The notes beneath the pieces were generated by a model. The model was not told where the DNA came from, did no database searches, and was given only the letters and a program-made list of their open reading frames with translations. This document shows, in pieces, positions 41,017 through 51,586 of a stretch of DNA of 64,000 nt (positions are counted from its first letter, which is position 1; each line of letters begins with the position of its first letter). The stretch is from Candidatus Spyradenecus sp. (GTDB taxonomy: Bacteria; Verrucomicrobiota; Verrucomicrobiia; Opitutales; UBA953), in contig JAZSKX010000005.1 in the NCBI GenBank assembly GCA_045535075.1, positions 1-64,000 on the forward strand, given 5' to 3'. The translations under genes and the position numbers were made by a program.

Positions 41017-41341
41017 GGCTTCCCGAGGCTCACACCCCGAAAAACTTGACGAATTAGGGGGGCAATGATGAACTTTCCTATGCGTTCCCGCAAGGAAAAA
41101 CAGCAGCTCGCAGCACGGTAATTTCAAGCCTAAGCAATATCAATTCTCGTAAAAAACTTTGTCGGATTCACGATTATTTCTTTGAGTTTTCCGCAGCTTC
41201 GTCCGGGATTTTAAACGCCGTTCGGCAAAACGATTTTCGAGTTTAAACTTTCTCTTTAAAAAAAAGGTTTTATAATGGAGCTGTTCCACGGAACAGAATT
41301 CCGAAGAAAATCACTCCATAAACAGAAAGGATTCCCCCACT

Positions 41342-42196
41342 ATGAAAAATATCTTAGTTTGCGTTGACGGATCGAATTACGGGCAAGTCTGCACGAGCTA
41401 CGCGGTTTGGCTGGCAAAAAAGACCGGTGCCAAAATTTCCGCGCTCTACGTTTCGGAGCTTTGGCAATACGAAACTCCGCTTATTGCGGATTTCGGCGGA
41501 GTCATCGGCACGCAACCTTACATGGGGCTAACGGCGCAGTTGCGGGAAGTCGAAGCCGGAAAAGCGAAAATAATCGAAACCTATGTTCGCGGAGAATTTG
41601 AAAAAGCGGGAATTCCCGACCAAGTGGAATTTTTCCACCGCTCCGGCTTGCTTGTCGATTGCATTGATGAGTTTGAAAATCAGCGCGGCGACATCAGCGC
41701 GATTATTCTCGGCAAGCGAGGCGAGCACGCAAATTTCGCCAAAGGGCATCTGGGCTCAAACATGGAGCGCGTCATTCGAGCCAGCAAGTTGCCCTGCTTT
41801 GTCGTTAACCGAAAGTTTATCGAACAGAAAAAGATTGTGCTCGCCTACGACGGAAGCCCGAGTGCAACGCGGGCGCTGGAATACCTTGCAACGCGCAAGG
41901 AGTTTATCGACCAGGAAGTCCATATCGTTACCGTCGCAAAACCGGGCGCCGAGGCCGACGCGACGCGCCTGCTTTTCGAAGCGGAAGCACGTCTGAAAGG
42001 CGGGCCGCTCGTTCCCGTCGCACAGTTGCTTTCGGGCACCCCGGGCGAAGCACTCGAAAAATATGTCCAGGAAAACGACATTACCTGTTTGATTATGGGC
42101 GCCTACGGGCACTCCCGCGTGCGCCAATTTATCATCGGAAGCACGACGACGGAATTCGTCCGCCGCTGCCTCATTCCGGTTATTATGTTCCGCTAA
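41342..42196 (+). CDS. Universal stress protein, tandem Usp domains
   Basis: ILVCVDGS, LGSNMERVIR, LAYDGS, MGAYGHSR...IGSTT. Confidence 0.92.
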   Translation: MKNILVCVDGSNYGQVCTSYAVWLAKKTGAKISALYVSELWQYETPLIADFGGVIGTQPYMGLTAQLREVEAGKAKIIETYVRGEFEKAGIPDQVEFFHRSGLLVDCIDEFENQRGDISAIILGKRGEHANFAKGHLGSNMERVIRASKLPCFVVNRKFIEQKKIVLAYDGSPSATRALEYLATRKEFIDQEVHIVTVAKPGAEADATRLLFEAEARLKGGPLVPVAQLLSGTPGEALEKYVQENDITCLIMGAYGHSRVRQFIIGSTTTEFVRRCLIPVIMFR

Positions 42197-42212
42197 TCCG
42201 GATTTCCCGCAC

Positions 42213-42260
42213 AAAAAAAGCGTTCCCGTCGTCAATTTCCGCGGGAACGCTTTTTATTTT
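42213..42260. terminator. Terminator after usp, inverted motif pair (convergent gene gap)
   Basis: AAAAAAAGCGTTCCCGT...GCGGGAACGCTTTTTATTTT. Confidence 0.85.
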
Positions 42261-42339
42261 GGAATCGGAGAAACTTAAAAACTAAGAAAGCTAAAACGTT
42301 TAGTAATGCTATTTTTGTGCATTCTACGCACCTAAGTTT

Positions 42340-44526
42340 TTAAGCCGCCGGGACAACTTCGACGGAAGCGGGCGGCGGCGTTGCGGGAACGGCTTCCGCC
42401 TCCTTGGGCTTCAAGTAGCAAAACGCGGCATATCCGGCAACGGCGAGCGTACACAGCACGAGGAGCATTTTCCAAACCCGCCCCTTATTTTCGGCGTAAG
42501 GATCTCTGCCGATACGGCGCGAACCCTTCGGTTTTTTCGGCATTTTTGTATAAGCTTTTCCGAGCGCGATATTAACTTTGGCACGAGCGTTGACCGCCCA
42601 TGAGTTCGCATCCAAAATCGGGCCCAATGTGCGGCGACGCAATTTCATCGCCGTAATAATGACCGAAGGCACCGAAATCAGAAGCAAGATGCCGAGAATG
42701 ACAAGCGGCATCTGCCACCACGCAAGGCTCATAAACGCTGAGCCGAGTGCCGCCAGCGCCGCGCCGAGTGCGCCGAGTGCGAGCCCGATTGCCGCGAAAA
42801 TACCAACAAATTTTCCGATGTCAAAAGCCGGCTTGGGAGGCGTTCCCGCCGCAGATGCGCTCGCCGAAGAAGCAACCGTGCCGACACCGCCGGAAAGATT
42901 TTCGTCGACTTTCTTTTCCCGTGCCGCCGCAAAATTATTCACCTGCGTTTCAATGAATCGCGCCAGCTTTTTATACGGGCTCCAAATCGCTTGGCGCAAC
43001 GAAATCGGCTGTTCAAGAATCTTGGCAACCGATGCGTCCCAATCGTCGCCGTTTTTATCGACGAAAACGCCGTTGCGCCCGACGCTAAGGAAATCGGCAT
43101 CTCCGTCGCCCAAGACGGTAGCAATCGTCATCGTCTTTCCGTCCGACTTGCGCGTGCAATTACAATACACGATATAGCAATTGGATTGAGCTGCGAGCGC
43201 GGCGTGTGCGGCGATATTTTTGACGCGTGTGCACAATGCGCATTCGCGACTGTCGATATAAAGCGTTCCCGCGAGGAAAATCGTTTCTCCGGCAACCGTA
43301 TAAAAATCGGCGAATGAAACGTAATTACGCAGTAATGACAAAAGATTTTCGGAATAAAGACAGAGCCGCTCGATATTGACGAGAGATTCGCGTTGCGGAG
43401 CTTCGTCTTTATCGCGCGCGAAAAGCGGGGCGAGTAGTTCCGGTGGATTTTTTTCGAGGATTTCGCGAAGACGTTCCCGGGAAATTTCGATGATTTTTCC
43501 TCCCGGTTTTTTCGCGATCCATGCGGCATAAGCCTCAAACTTCGCAAGCAACGCCTGCCACTGCGGTTGTGTTAAATTTTCCGTCGCGGCGGGAACGCCG
43601 AGCGCGGGAACGATTGCCTTGTCGAGCAAGGTTTTAAGCGCGGTTGCCCAAGCGGGGTTGACACCTTTTAAGAGCGGAAGCGCGTCCGTATCAGAGGTAA
43701 TTCGTGCAATCGGAAATGCCTTCGTCGCCTCGGAAGTAATGTCTCCCTGTGCGAGATCCGCAAGCACGTCGCGGCTCGGATTCAGTTTTTCGACGGAAGC
43801 GGGATCGTACGCAGCAAGACGGGAACGCGCAAAGAAATCGTCAACTTTAACCCGTACGGCTTCGATAGCGGCAAATGCGCTTTCGGTTTGGTCGCCAATC
43901 GGGAAAATTGCGTCGCGATTTGATTCGGATTCTGCATGCCATGCGACAGCTTTTTCAGCTTCCGCGACAAAGGCTTTTACCTGATCGGCGCTGATGCCGT
44001 CCGCGCCCGCTCCGCAACAGGCGGCAATTTCCGCAATGAGTTTTTCGGTTTCGGGAACGCCTTCTGCGGAAGCCGGCGTGATCAGCCCGTCGCCGTTAAA
44101 CGGGCGTGCCGCGAAACACTCGAATGCTTTTTGCGCAGCTTCGGCAGAAATTTCATTCTCGGAAAAAACGCCGGCGGCGATAAGTTTTTCGGCGCGCTCT
44201 GCGAGCGGGCTTTCAGGATTGATTGCCGAGAGCGGGAACGTATTTTTCCCGGCAAAGAAGCTTGAGAAATCAACAAAGTGTTCCCGTACAAAAGCAACGG
44301 CAGCTTTGACTTCCGCAACGCGAATGCGTCCGTCGCCGTCGGAATCGATGAGTTCAAGCGTTCGGGCGTCAAAATCGATGCCGTCCGTCGGCATGCTGAT
44401 TGCGAGCCAAAGCTTGGGATCGAGCGCTTCGACGGCGGCAAGATCTTCTGCCGTACGGACGGAAAGCTGTTCTACGCCTCCGGCGCAGAAAAAGTTAAAT
44501 TTTGTTCGTTGTGTTGTGTCAGACAT
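42340..44526 (-). CDS. Conserved hypothetical membrane protein with EF-hand-like loop
   Basis: 728-aa ORF; DSDGDGRIRVAE loop; three C-terminal hydrophobic segments. Confidence 0.75.
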   Translation of the reverse strand: MSDTTQRTKFNFFCAGGVEQLSVRTAEDLAAVEALDPKLWLAISMPTDGIDFDARTLELIDSDGDGRIRVAEVKAAVAFVREHFVDFSSFFAGKNTFPLSAINPESPLAERAEKLIAAGVFSENEISAEAAQKAFECFAARPFNGDGLITPASAEGVPETEKLIAEIAACCGAGADGISADQVKAFVAEAEKAVAWHAESESNRDAIFPIGDQTESAFAAIEAVRVKVDDFFARSRLAAYDPASVEKLNPSRDVLADLAQGDITSEATKAFPIARITSDTDALPLLKGVNPAWATALKTLLDKAIVPALGVPAATENLTQPQWQALLAKFEAYAAWIAKKPGGKIIEISRERLREILEKNPPELLAPLFARDKDEAPQRESLVNIERLCLYSENLLSLLRNYVSFADFYTVAGETIFLAGTLYIDSRECALCTRVKNIAAHAALAAQSNCYIVYCNCTRKSDGKTMTIATVLGDGDADFLSVGRNGVFVDKNGDDWDASVAKILEQPISLRQAIWSPYKKLARFIETQVNNFAAAREKKVDENLSGGVGTVASSASASAAGTPPKPAFDIGKFVGIFAAIGLALGALGAALAALGSAFMSLAWWQMPLVILGILLLISVPSVIITAMKLRRRTLGPILDANSWAVNARAKVNIALGKAYTKMPKKPKGSRRIGRDPYAENKGRVWKMLLVLCTLAVAGYAAFCYLKPKEAEAVPATPPPASVEVVPAA

Positions 44527-44560
44527 GTTAGCGGTGTTTTCGTGTTTGTTAAATTTTTGT

Positions 44561-45097
44561 TCACTCGCGAGCGAGTAGCCAAATCACATCGGAAAGCCGG
44601 TTCAGATAGCGCGCGGGAAGCGGACGAAGCACTTCGTCGTGTTCCCGCAGAGCAATGACATCGCGTTCGGCGCGGCGGCAAACGGCACGGGCGACATGAA
44701 GCGCAGCCTGATACGGCGACGTTCCCGCAAGAATCCAGCCGGTAAAGCGGCGTTCCTCAGTTTCAAGCTCATCCACCAAATCATCAAGACGCGCCAAATC
44801 CGTTTCCTCCAAATGCGGGATTTTGGACGCAAGATATTTTTCCTGATCTTCATTAACGACACCGACTTCGCCCATGAGAGAGATCAGGTCGAGTTGGATG
44901 CGTTGCAAAATTTCCCGAACGGCAGAATCTTCGCAAAAAGCTTTTGCCAAACCGAGATTGGAAGAAAGCTCATCGATACTGCCGTTTGCGACGACACGCG
45001 GATGGGTTTTCCGAAGTCGCTTTCCGTAAAGTTGCGTCGTCAACCCGTCGTCGCCGGTGCGTGTTGCGATAGAATTTTTGGCCTTAGATTTTCGCAT
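44561..45097 (-). CDS. ATP:cob(I)alamin adenosyltransferase (PduO-type)
   Basis: TRTGDDG.T, GSIDELSS, RAVCRRAER, YLNRLSD. Confidence 0.9.
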   Translation of the reverse strand: MRKSKAKNSIATRTGDDGLTTQLYGKRLRKTHPRVVANGSIDELSSNLGLAKAFCEDSAVREILQRIQLDLISLMGEVGVVNEDQEKYLASKIPHLEETDLARLDDLVDELETEERRFTGWILAGTSPYQAALHVARAVCRRAERDVIALREHDEVLRPLPARYLNRLSDVIWLLARE

Positions 45098-45105
45098 GAG
45101 AGTTT

Positions 45106-46422
45106 TTATTGAGCAATTCGGCACGCGAGTAAAACCGCGATTGCGAGATTTGCAAGCGCCGTGATACCGAGCCCCGTTGAAGCGAGCCTGCGGAAGGCTC
45201 CGCGACCGAATGCAAGCGTGAGCCCGAGTTTGACAAGCGTATTGGAAAACACGCCGATCATAATTCCGAGCGCGGCAACGGCAAAGCTCAGCGTTCCCGC
45301 GTCCGCAAACTCCGAAGCCTGATTCGCCATTGACATGACAAGCGCCGCCGTATCGGGAATCCCGGAGAAGAAGCTGACGGCAACGAATCCGGTGCCGAGA
45401 TCATTGCCGCTTTTTTCAATAAGGAAAACCACCAAAGCGTAAAGCAACGCAAATTTGACGGCATTGGGCAAATCGAGCGGATTTTTTACTGCGGGGACTT
45501 TTCCTTCCGCCAACTTTCCGTAGCGCAAAGCAATCAGCCCGCAGACCAAAACGCAAACACCCAGCAAAACGCCCCACATCCACAGCGTTGAAATTGCGAA
45601 TTTTAAATTAAGCAAGAAAGTCAAAACAACCAGACGAAGCGCCATTGAAAGTTGCGCGAGTAAAATCGCCATGGCAAAAGCGCCGCCGTTTTCGTGCTCG
45701 GTTTCGGATCGCCGGCTAAACGCAAGCGTAACCGCCGTGCTTGATGCCAAGCCGCCGATGAATCCCGTTACCGCCGCTCCCGCGCGGGCGCCAAGCCAGC
45801 GCATCGCGATGTAGCCGATAAAGTTGACTCCCGAAATCAGCACGACCATCAGCCACGTCGTATAAGGATTGAAAATACCCCAAAGCGTTTGATTCGGAAC
45901 AAGCGGAAGCAAGACGCCCGTTAGACAAGCAAACTGCAATCCGGCGCGAATATCCGTTCCCGTCAGCGACGAACTCCATTTGTCCGTCCACGCACGCAAT
46001 CCGAGCGTAACGGCAAGCACGATTGCGAGCATAACGGCATATTTTTCGAGTCCGATTCCCATGAGCGCTCCCGCACAAAAAACCATCAGTGCGGACGCCG
46101 CAGTCGTCAGCCCGAACGTTGCCTGCAACATTGTTTTTTCGCGTTGGCGTTCCTTGCCGCCGCGAATCAGGTAGGCGACCGTCGAAAGCCCGAGTACGGA
46201 AAGGCTCGCGAGTACGAAATGTTCGAATCCGAGACGTTCCATTTGCACGGAAATAAAACCGAGCACGGCCCAAAGCGCGAAAGTACGCATGCCGGCTGTC
46301 GTATTGTTCCCGCCGCGCCACTGGCGGACAAGACCGACGAGCCCGCCGATGCAAACCGTGACGAGCAACATCCAGCCGTTTTGCGGCGTCATCAAAGATT
46401 CCGGGGTAATGGGGGTTAACAT
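45106..46422 (-). CDS. MgtC/SapB and DUF4010 membrane protein
   Basis: AGMRTF, GLTTAA, LPLVPN, W.MVVLISGV.F.GY, GGLASSTAVT. Confidence 0.85.
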   Translation of the reverse strand: MLTPITPESLMTPQNGWMLLVTVCIGGLVGLVRQWRGGNNTTAGMRTFALWAVLGFISVQMERLGFEHFVLASLSVLGLSTVAYLIRGGKERQREKTMLQATFGLTTAASALMVFCAGALMGIGLEKYAVMLAIVLAVTLGLRAWTDKWSSSLTGTDIRAGLQFACLTGVLLPLVPNQTLWGIFNPYTTWLMVVLISGVNFIGYIAMRWLGARAGAAVTGFIGGLASSTAVTLAFSRRSETEHENGGAFAMAILLAQLSMALRLVVLTFLLNLKFAISTLWMWGVLLGVCVLVCGLIALRYGKLAEGKVPAVKNPLDLPNAVKFALLYALVVFLIEKSGNDLGTGFVAVSFFSGIPDTAALVMSMANQASEFADAGTLSFAVAALGIMIGVFSNTLVKLGLTLAFGRGAFRRLASTGLGITALANLAIAVLLACRIAQ

Positions 46423-46512
46423 ACCCGAAGATTCTAGGAAATACGCCCTGTTCTGCGAGATTTAAAATCGAAATTTAACGCGGATAAATTATTCGTTCCC
46501 GCTCTTTCCCCG

Positions 46513-46992
46513 TCAATTCATCAGCCAAATTGCGCAAGTCAAATATCCGGCAAAACAAACCCAAATGAAATAAGGAATTTGCAAATACGCCGCGACGGAA
46601 TTGATTTTCTTATATTCGACGATGGTTTTTAAAATCAGAATCAGCAAAAACAGCAACCACGCAAAGGCAAAGCCGAAACTGCGAAATCCGAAGAAAATAA
46701 AACACCACGAAAAATTCACAAAAAGACTCAACGCATAAATTCCGAGCGCGCACTTTCGGGTTGCCCGATTTTCCGGATTGCGTTCCCGCCAAATCATCGC
46801 CGCGCTAACACCCATCAGAGCATATAACAGCGTCCAAACAAGCGGGAACACTGCCGCCGGCGGTGCCAACGGCGGGACAAGAATCGTCGCATAAAGCGAA
46901 CGCATTCCGTCCGAAGTAAAATAAGCCGCCAGCGCTCCTACGCCCATGGCAATCAACACGGATACGAGATAAGTTTTTATTTGATCTTTCAT
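46513..46992 (-). CDS. TspO/MBR tryptophan-rich sensory protein
   Basis: PPLAPP..VFPLVWTLLY.LMG, NFSW..IFF, PY..W..FA.YL. Confidence 0.92.
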   Translation of the reverse strand: MKDQIKTYLVSVLIAMGVGALAAYFTSDGMRSLYATILVPPLAPPAAVFPLVWTLLYALMGVSAAMIWRERNPENRATRKCALGIYALSLFVNFSWCFIFFGFRSFGFAFAWLLFLLILILKTIVEYKKINSVAAYLQIPYFIWVCFAGYLTCAIWLMN

Positions 46993-47094
46993 CCGCTAAT
47001 AAGCGTCGCCGAAAACACTTTTCAATTCGTAAAAATCGTTCAAATTCCGCGCCAGTTCCTTGAACATGCAGGCTTTTGCTAAAAGAAAGGCACG

Positions 47095-47135
47095 AAAAAG
47101 CCCGCAATCCCTGTATTTAAGCGGAATTGCGGGCT
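47095..47135 (-). terminator. Terminator downstream of tRNA-Pro (not motif-based)
   Basis: AGCCCGCAAT...ATTGCGGGCT followed by TTTT on the minus strand. Confidence 0.75.
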
Positions 47136-47150
47136 AATCTAACACATGAA

Positions 47151-47228
<78 letters not shown>

Positions 47229-47289
47229 ACACCTAAGAAATGTAAACTCAAATAAATCGTTTTTTGAAAACAAGCGCAAGCTTTTTCTT

Positions 47290-47320
47290 AAAAAAAGTTC
47301 CCGCAAGGTTTCGCGGGAAC
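47290..47320. repeat. Inverted motif pair in the divergent tRNA-Pro/pyrC spacer
   Basis: AAAAAAAGTTCCCGC-AAGGTTTC-GCGGGAAC. Confidence 0.7.
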
Positions 47321-47458
47321 GGACAATCTTTGTAGGAAGCGCTATTTCGCGGAGGATGCCGAAATCGACACATCCACTTTGTCTTGCCCTAAAGAAAAGC
47401 CTCTCCCGCTAATTTGCGGGCTTGCGGGAACGGGCTCAAAAGAGTTTCATTAGCAATC

Positions 47459-48475
47459 ATGCGAATTGAGATTGAGCAACCGCTTGACATGCACCTGCAT
47501 TTGCGCGACGGCGCGATGTGCCGCCTGACAACGCCGCTTTCTGCCGAATATTTTTCCGGCGCGGTGATTATGCCGAATCTTGTTCCGCCGGTAACGGATG
47601 TCGGGTCGATGAAATCTTATCGCGGGCGCATCCTCGAAGCCGCCGGCGAACACGCGCAAACGTTTTCGCCGCTCATGACGCTGTTTTTCAAAAACCAAAC
47701 GCGCGAAGAACTTGAGGCGGCTCGACAACAGGAGTTTTTCTTCGGACTGAAACTCTACCCGGCGGGAGCGACAACGAATTCCGACGGCGGCGTCACGGAT
47801 TTCGGCGAAGCGGAAAAAACGTTTCGTGCGATGGAGGAACTCGGCATTCCCCTGCTCGTCCACGGCGAAAGCCACGGATTCGTGATGGATCGTGAAGCTG
47901 AATTTTTGCCGACATACCGCCGTTTGGCGCAGGCGTTCCCGCGCCTGAAAATTTGCATGGAACACATCACGACAGCGGCGGCGCTAACGCTTCTTGACGA
48001 ATTTGAAAATGTTTTTGCAACCGTCACGCTTCAGCATCTTTTGATTACGCTCGACGATGTCGCCGGCGGAATGTTGCGCCCGCACCTTTTCTGCAAACCG
48101 ATTGCCAAGCGTCCGGAAGACCGTTCGGCTCTTTTGGCGGCGGCGCTTTCGGGACATCCCAAGCTGATGTTCGGAAGCGATTCGGCGCCGCATCCGCGCC
48201 ACAAAAAAGAATGTTGCGGTTGCGCGGCAGGTGTTTTTACGGCTCCGATTGCCCTTCCCGCTTTAGCGGATTTGTTTGCAAAAAACAACGCACTCGACAA
48301 GTTGCAGAATTTCGTCGGCGGGAACGCACGGCGTATTTATCAATTAAATACAGCTCCGAAAAAAATCGTTTTAGAAGACACGCCCGGTTCCGTTCCCGCC
48401 GTTTATGAAGGACACGGAGAGCATGTCGTTCCGATGTTTGCGGGAGAAAATCTCGCCTGGAGCGTTGTTCGATAA
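47459..48475 (+). CDS. pyrC: Dihydroorotase (homodimeric type)
   Basis: [44 protein letters not shown]; start MRIEIE. Confidence 0.95.
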   Translation: MRIEIEQPLDMHLHLRDGAMCRLTTPLSAEYFSGAVIMPNLVPPVTDVGSMKSYRGRILEAAGEHAQTFSPLMTLFFKNQTREELEAARQQEFFFGLKLYPAGATTNSDGGVTDFGEAEKTFRAMEELGIPLLVHGESHGFVMDREAEFLPTYRRLAQAFPRLKICMEHITTAAALTLLDEFENVFATVTLQHLLITLDDVAGGMLRPHLFCKPIAKRPEDRSALLAAALSGHPKLMFGSDSAPHPRHKKECCGCAAGVFTAPIALPALADLFAKNNALDKLQNFVGGNARRIYQLNTAPKKIVLEDTPGSVPAVYEGHGEHVVPMFAGENLAWSVVR

Positions 48476-48492
48476 ATCTTTATTTTTCTGCC

Positions 48493-49257
48493 ATGAAACG
48501 GACAACTAAAACGCTTCGAGACGCCAAAGGGAAATCGCAAATCGTTTGCATTACCGCCTACGACGCGGTAACGGCACGGCTCGCCGACGCGGCGGATGTC
48601 GATGTTATTCTCATCGGCGACTCCGTCGGCAATGTTGTTCTCGGATTTGAAAATACCGTTCCCGTGACGCAAGACATGATGGCGCACCACACGGCGGCAG
48701 TCGCGCGCGCACGCCCGAATGCGTTGATTGCAGCGGACATTCCGTTCGGTATCGCGCACGGCGATTTTTCCGACTTATTAAAATTCTGTATGCGACTGAT
48801 GCAGGAATGTGGCGCCGAAGCGGTAAAAATCGAAGGCGGCGCGGAAATGGCGCCGACGATTGCTCGGTTGACGGCAGCGGGCGTTCCCGTCTGGGCGCAC
48901 ATCGGCTTGCAAGGGCAATGCGTTTTTCAGGAAGGCGGTTACCGTAAATACGGAAAAACGGAACGCGAATATGCGGAAATTCTTGCCGCGGCAAAAGCGC
49001 ACGAAGCCGCGGGAGCGTTTGCCCTGCTCGTCGAAATGATGGTGCCGGAATTAGCCGCAGAGATTACGCGTAGCGTTTCGATTCCCGCAATCGGTATCGG
49101 AGCCGGGAAGGACTGCGACGGACAAATCATCGTCATGCACGATATTCTCGGGCTTTCGCCGAAAAAACCGTCTTTTGCAAAAGTTTACGCCGATTTATTC
49201 TCGCAGGCGGTTTCAGCAATTTCCGCCTACGGGAACGCCGTTCGGGAAAAGCAATAA
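48493..49257 (+). CDS. panB: 3-methyl-2-oxobutanoate hydroxymethyltransferase
   Basis: TAYD, IGDS, AVKIEGG, IGIGAG..CDGQ. Confidence 0.96.
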   Translation: MKRTTKTLRDAKGKSQIVCITAYDAVTARLADAADVDVILIGDSVGNVVLGFENTVPVTQDMMAHHTAAVARARPNALIAADIPFGIAHGDFSDLLKFCMRLMQECGAEAVKIEGGAEMAPTIARLTAAGVPVWAHIGLQGQCVFQEGGYRKYGKTEREYAEILAAAKAHEAAGAFALLVEMMVPELAAEITRSVSIPAIGIGAGKDCDGQIIVMHDILGLSPKKPSFAKVYADLFSQAVSAISAYGNAVREKQ

Positions 49258-49372
49258 AAGAACCCTCAAATTGCACGGACAAGCACAATTGCATTCGTAT
49301 TTTTAAGACAAAGCTTCGTCTCTCCCGTTAAAATTCGTATGAATTTGTGTCCATTCGTGGTAAAAATAAGTT

Positions 49373-50380
49373 ATGAATATCGTAATTCTCGGTGCCGGAG
49401 CTTGGGGCTCCGCGATGGCAATTCACCTCAATCGTTGCGGACAGCGCGTAACGCTGATTCCGCGCCGACTTGAACAGGCGCTGGAAATTGCCGGTTCCCG
49501 CGAAAACAAAATTTATCTTCCCGAAATCGCGTTCCCGCAGGATATTCAAATTGCCTCAAATGCCGCACCCGCGCTTTTGGAATGCGACGTGCTTGTTTTC
49601 GCCTGTCCGTCAAAGGCGTTGCGCGCCACTGCCGAAAACGTAAAAACGATTTTGGAAAATAATCCGCGCAAACCGCTCGCGTTGCTGGTGCTCTGCAAAG
49701 GCTTGGAAGCTGACACTTTTCTCACGCCGGAAGCCGTACTGTCTCAAGTCCTTCCGGGCATTCCCACGGGAACGCTTTCCGGACCGACCAACGCAGCGGA
49801 AGTTGCCGCCGGGCTCCCTGTCGCCGTTGTTTTTGCCAGCAATTGCGACGATGCCACGGCGCAAAAAATCCAGCAGGAATTCAGCAATGCCACTTTCCGT
49901 GTTTATCGCTCCTCGGATGTCGTCGGCGTCGAACTCGGCGGTTCGCTCAAAAATATTTATGCGATTGCGGCGGGAATTTGCGACGGCATGAAACTCGGCT
50001 CCAACGCACGCGCGTCATTGCTGACGCGGGCGCTCACGGAAATGTCGCGCCTGATTGCTTCGTTCGGCGGGAACGCGGAAACCGTCCAGGGGCTTAGCGG
50101 CATGGGAGATTTAATTGCGACGGCGACGGCGGATTGGTCGCGCAACCGCCAATTCGGAATGAAAATCGGGCGGGAAAACATTCGCGCCGCCATGCAAAAA
50201 ATGTCTTCGGGAACGAGTATCGTCGAAGGTTATTACGCCACAAAAAACTTTTACGAATACGCTAAAAGCAAAAAGATTTCCGCGCCTATTTTGAAGTGCG
50301 TTTACGCCATCGTTTACCAAGACGTTGATCCGCGGGACGCAATCGACGCATTGATGACGCGCGACTTAAAATCCGAATAA
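49373..50380 (+). CDS. gpsA: NAD(P)H-dependent glycerol-3-phosphate dehydrogenase
   Basis: GAGAWG, CKG.E, SGPT.A, GVELGGSLKN, GMGDL, SRN. Confidence 0.96.
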   Translation: MNIVILGAGAWGSAMAIHLNRCGQRVTLIPRRLEQALEIAGSRENKIYLPEIAFPQDIQIASNAAPALLECDVLVFACPSKALRATAENVKTILENNPRKPLALLVLCKGLEADTFLTPEAVLSQVLPGIPTGTLSGPTNAAEVAAGLPVAVVFASNCDDATAQKIQQEFSNATFRVYRSSDVVGVELGGSLKNIYAIAAGICDGMKLGSNARASLLTRALTEMSRLIASFGGNAETVQGLSGMGDLIATATADWSRNRQFGMKIGRENIRAAMQKMSSGTSIVEGYYATKNFYEYAKSKKISAPILKCVYAIVYQDVDPRDAIDALMTRDLKSE

Positions 50381-50392
50381 TTTAAAAACTCT

Positions 50393-50947
50393 ATGGCACG
50401 CGACAACGCACACTACAACCGTGATATTGCGATTCTAAAACACGACGAATCCGAGATTCCCGCGCTCATCGAAGCAGCGGGAGCCAATCCGCTGATTCTC
50501 GTCCTCGACGGCATTCAGGATCCGCATAATCTCGGCGCAATTTTGCGCACGGCAGATTGCGCCGGCGTCAGCTTTGTAATTATAACGAAACGACGTTCGG
50601 CACCTGTCACCGAAACGGTTCGCCGTATCGCATGCGGCGGTGCAGAAAGCGTTCCGATTGTTCTCGCAAACAATCTGCGCAACGCGTTGGAAAAGCTGAA
50701 AGCCTGCGGCGTTTGGGTCGCGGGAACGTCCGATCACAAAGCCAGCCAATCCATTTACAACGCGAACCTGAAAGGCGCGCTCGCAATTGTCATGGGCGCG
50801 GAAGGCGACGGCATTCGCCATCTCACGGGAGAAACTTGTGATTTTCTCCTGCGTATTCCGATGCTCGGGAGCGTCCCCTGCCTGAACGTCTCCGTCGCGA
50901 CAGGCGTTTGCCTTTTCGAAGCGCTCCGCCAACGCGGCATTCGTTAA
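50393..50947 (+). CDS. TrmH/RlmB-like SPOUT rRNA methyltransferase (catalytic domain only)
   Basis: LDGIQDPHNLGAILR, MGAEG.G, IPM.G.V..LNVSVA. Confidence 0.88.
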   Translation: MARDNAHYNRDIAILKHDESEIPALIEAAGANPLILVLDGIQDPHNLGAILRTADCAGVSFVIITKRRSAPVTETVRRIACGGAESVPIVLANNLRNALEKLKACGVWVAGTSDHKASQSIYNANLKGALAIVMGAEGDGIRHLTGETCDFLLRIPMLGSVPCLNVSVATGVCLFEALRQRGIR

Positions 50948-50994
50948 AAAAACATGTAAATTTTTTCTAATAACACCATTAATCACTATCAATT

Positions 50995-51570
50995 ATGGCT
51001 ACACTTAAAGGCACAGAAACAGAGAAAAACCTCCTCAAGGCTTTTGCCGGTGAATCACAAGCGCGTATGCGCTATACGTACTTTGCGAGCAAAGCAAAGA
51101 AAGACGGTTTCGTCCAAATTGCCGACGTCTTTGAAGAAACCGCAAATCAGGAAAAGGAACACGCCAAACGCTTTTTCAAATTCCTCGAAGGCGGATGCCT
51201 CGAAATTACGGCATCGTTCCCGGCAGGCGTAATCGCTTCGACGGAAGCCAATCTCGAAGCTTCCGCAAACGGCGAAAACGAAGAATGGTCGGAAATGTAT
51301 CCGGAATTTGCCGACATCGCCGACAAGGAAGGCTTTGCGGAAATCGCCGAAGTCTTCCGCAATGTATCCGTTGCCGAAAAACAACACGAAAAACGCTTCC
51401 GCGCGCTTTTGGGAAATATTCGCAAAGGCGAAGTATTTAAAAAGAACGGCAAGGTTTGGTGGCGCTGCCGCAACTGCGGTTTTATTTACGAAGCCGCCGA
51501 AGCGCCGATTAAATGCCCGGCTTGCGACCACCCGCAGGCACACTTTGAAGTTCTTGCCGAGAACTGGTAA
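50995..51570 (+). CDS. rbr: Rubrerythrin
   Basis: AFAGESQA, EKEHA, C-terminal CRNCG...CPAC. Confidence 0.96.
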   Translation: MATLKGTETEKNLLKAFAGESQARMRYTYFASKAKKDGFVQIADVFEETANQEKEHAKRFFKFLEGGCLEITASFPAGVIASTEANLEASANGENEEWSEMYPEFADIADKEGFAEIAEVFRNVSVAEKQHEKRFRALLGNIRKGEVFKKNGKVWWRCRNCGFIYEAAEAPIKCPACDHPQAHFEVLAENW

Positions 51571-51586
51571 AGCGACCATCGGCGAC

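Noticed and set aside
41258..41276. A9 tract upstream of TATAAT before usp as a phase-variable promoter
   Set aside because: No convincing -35 element, and A runs are common in these spacers.
46513..47150. Genomic island integrated at tRNA-Pro or tRNA-Arg
   Set aside because: No integrase and no duplicated tRNA 3' end seen; tspO carries the resident motif.
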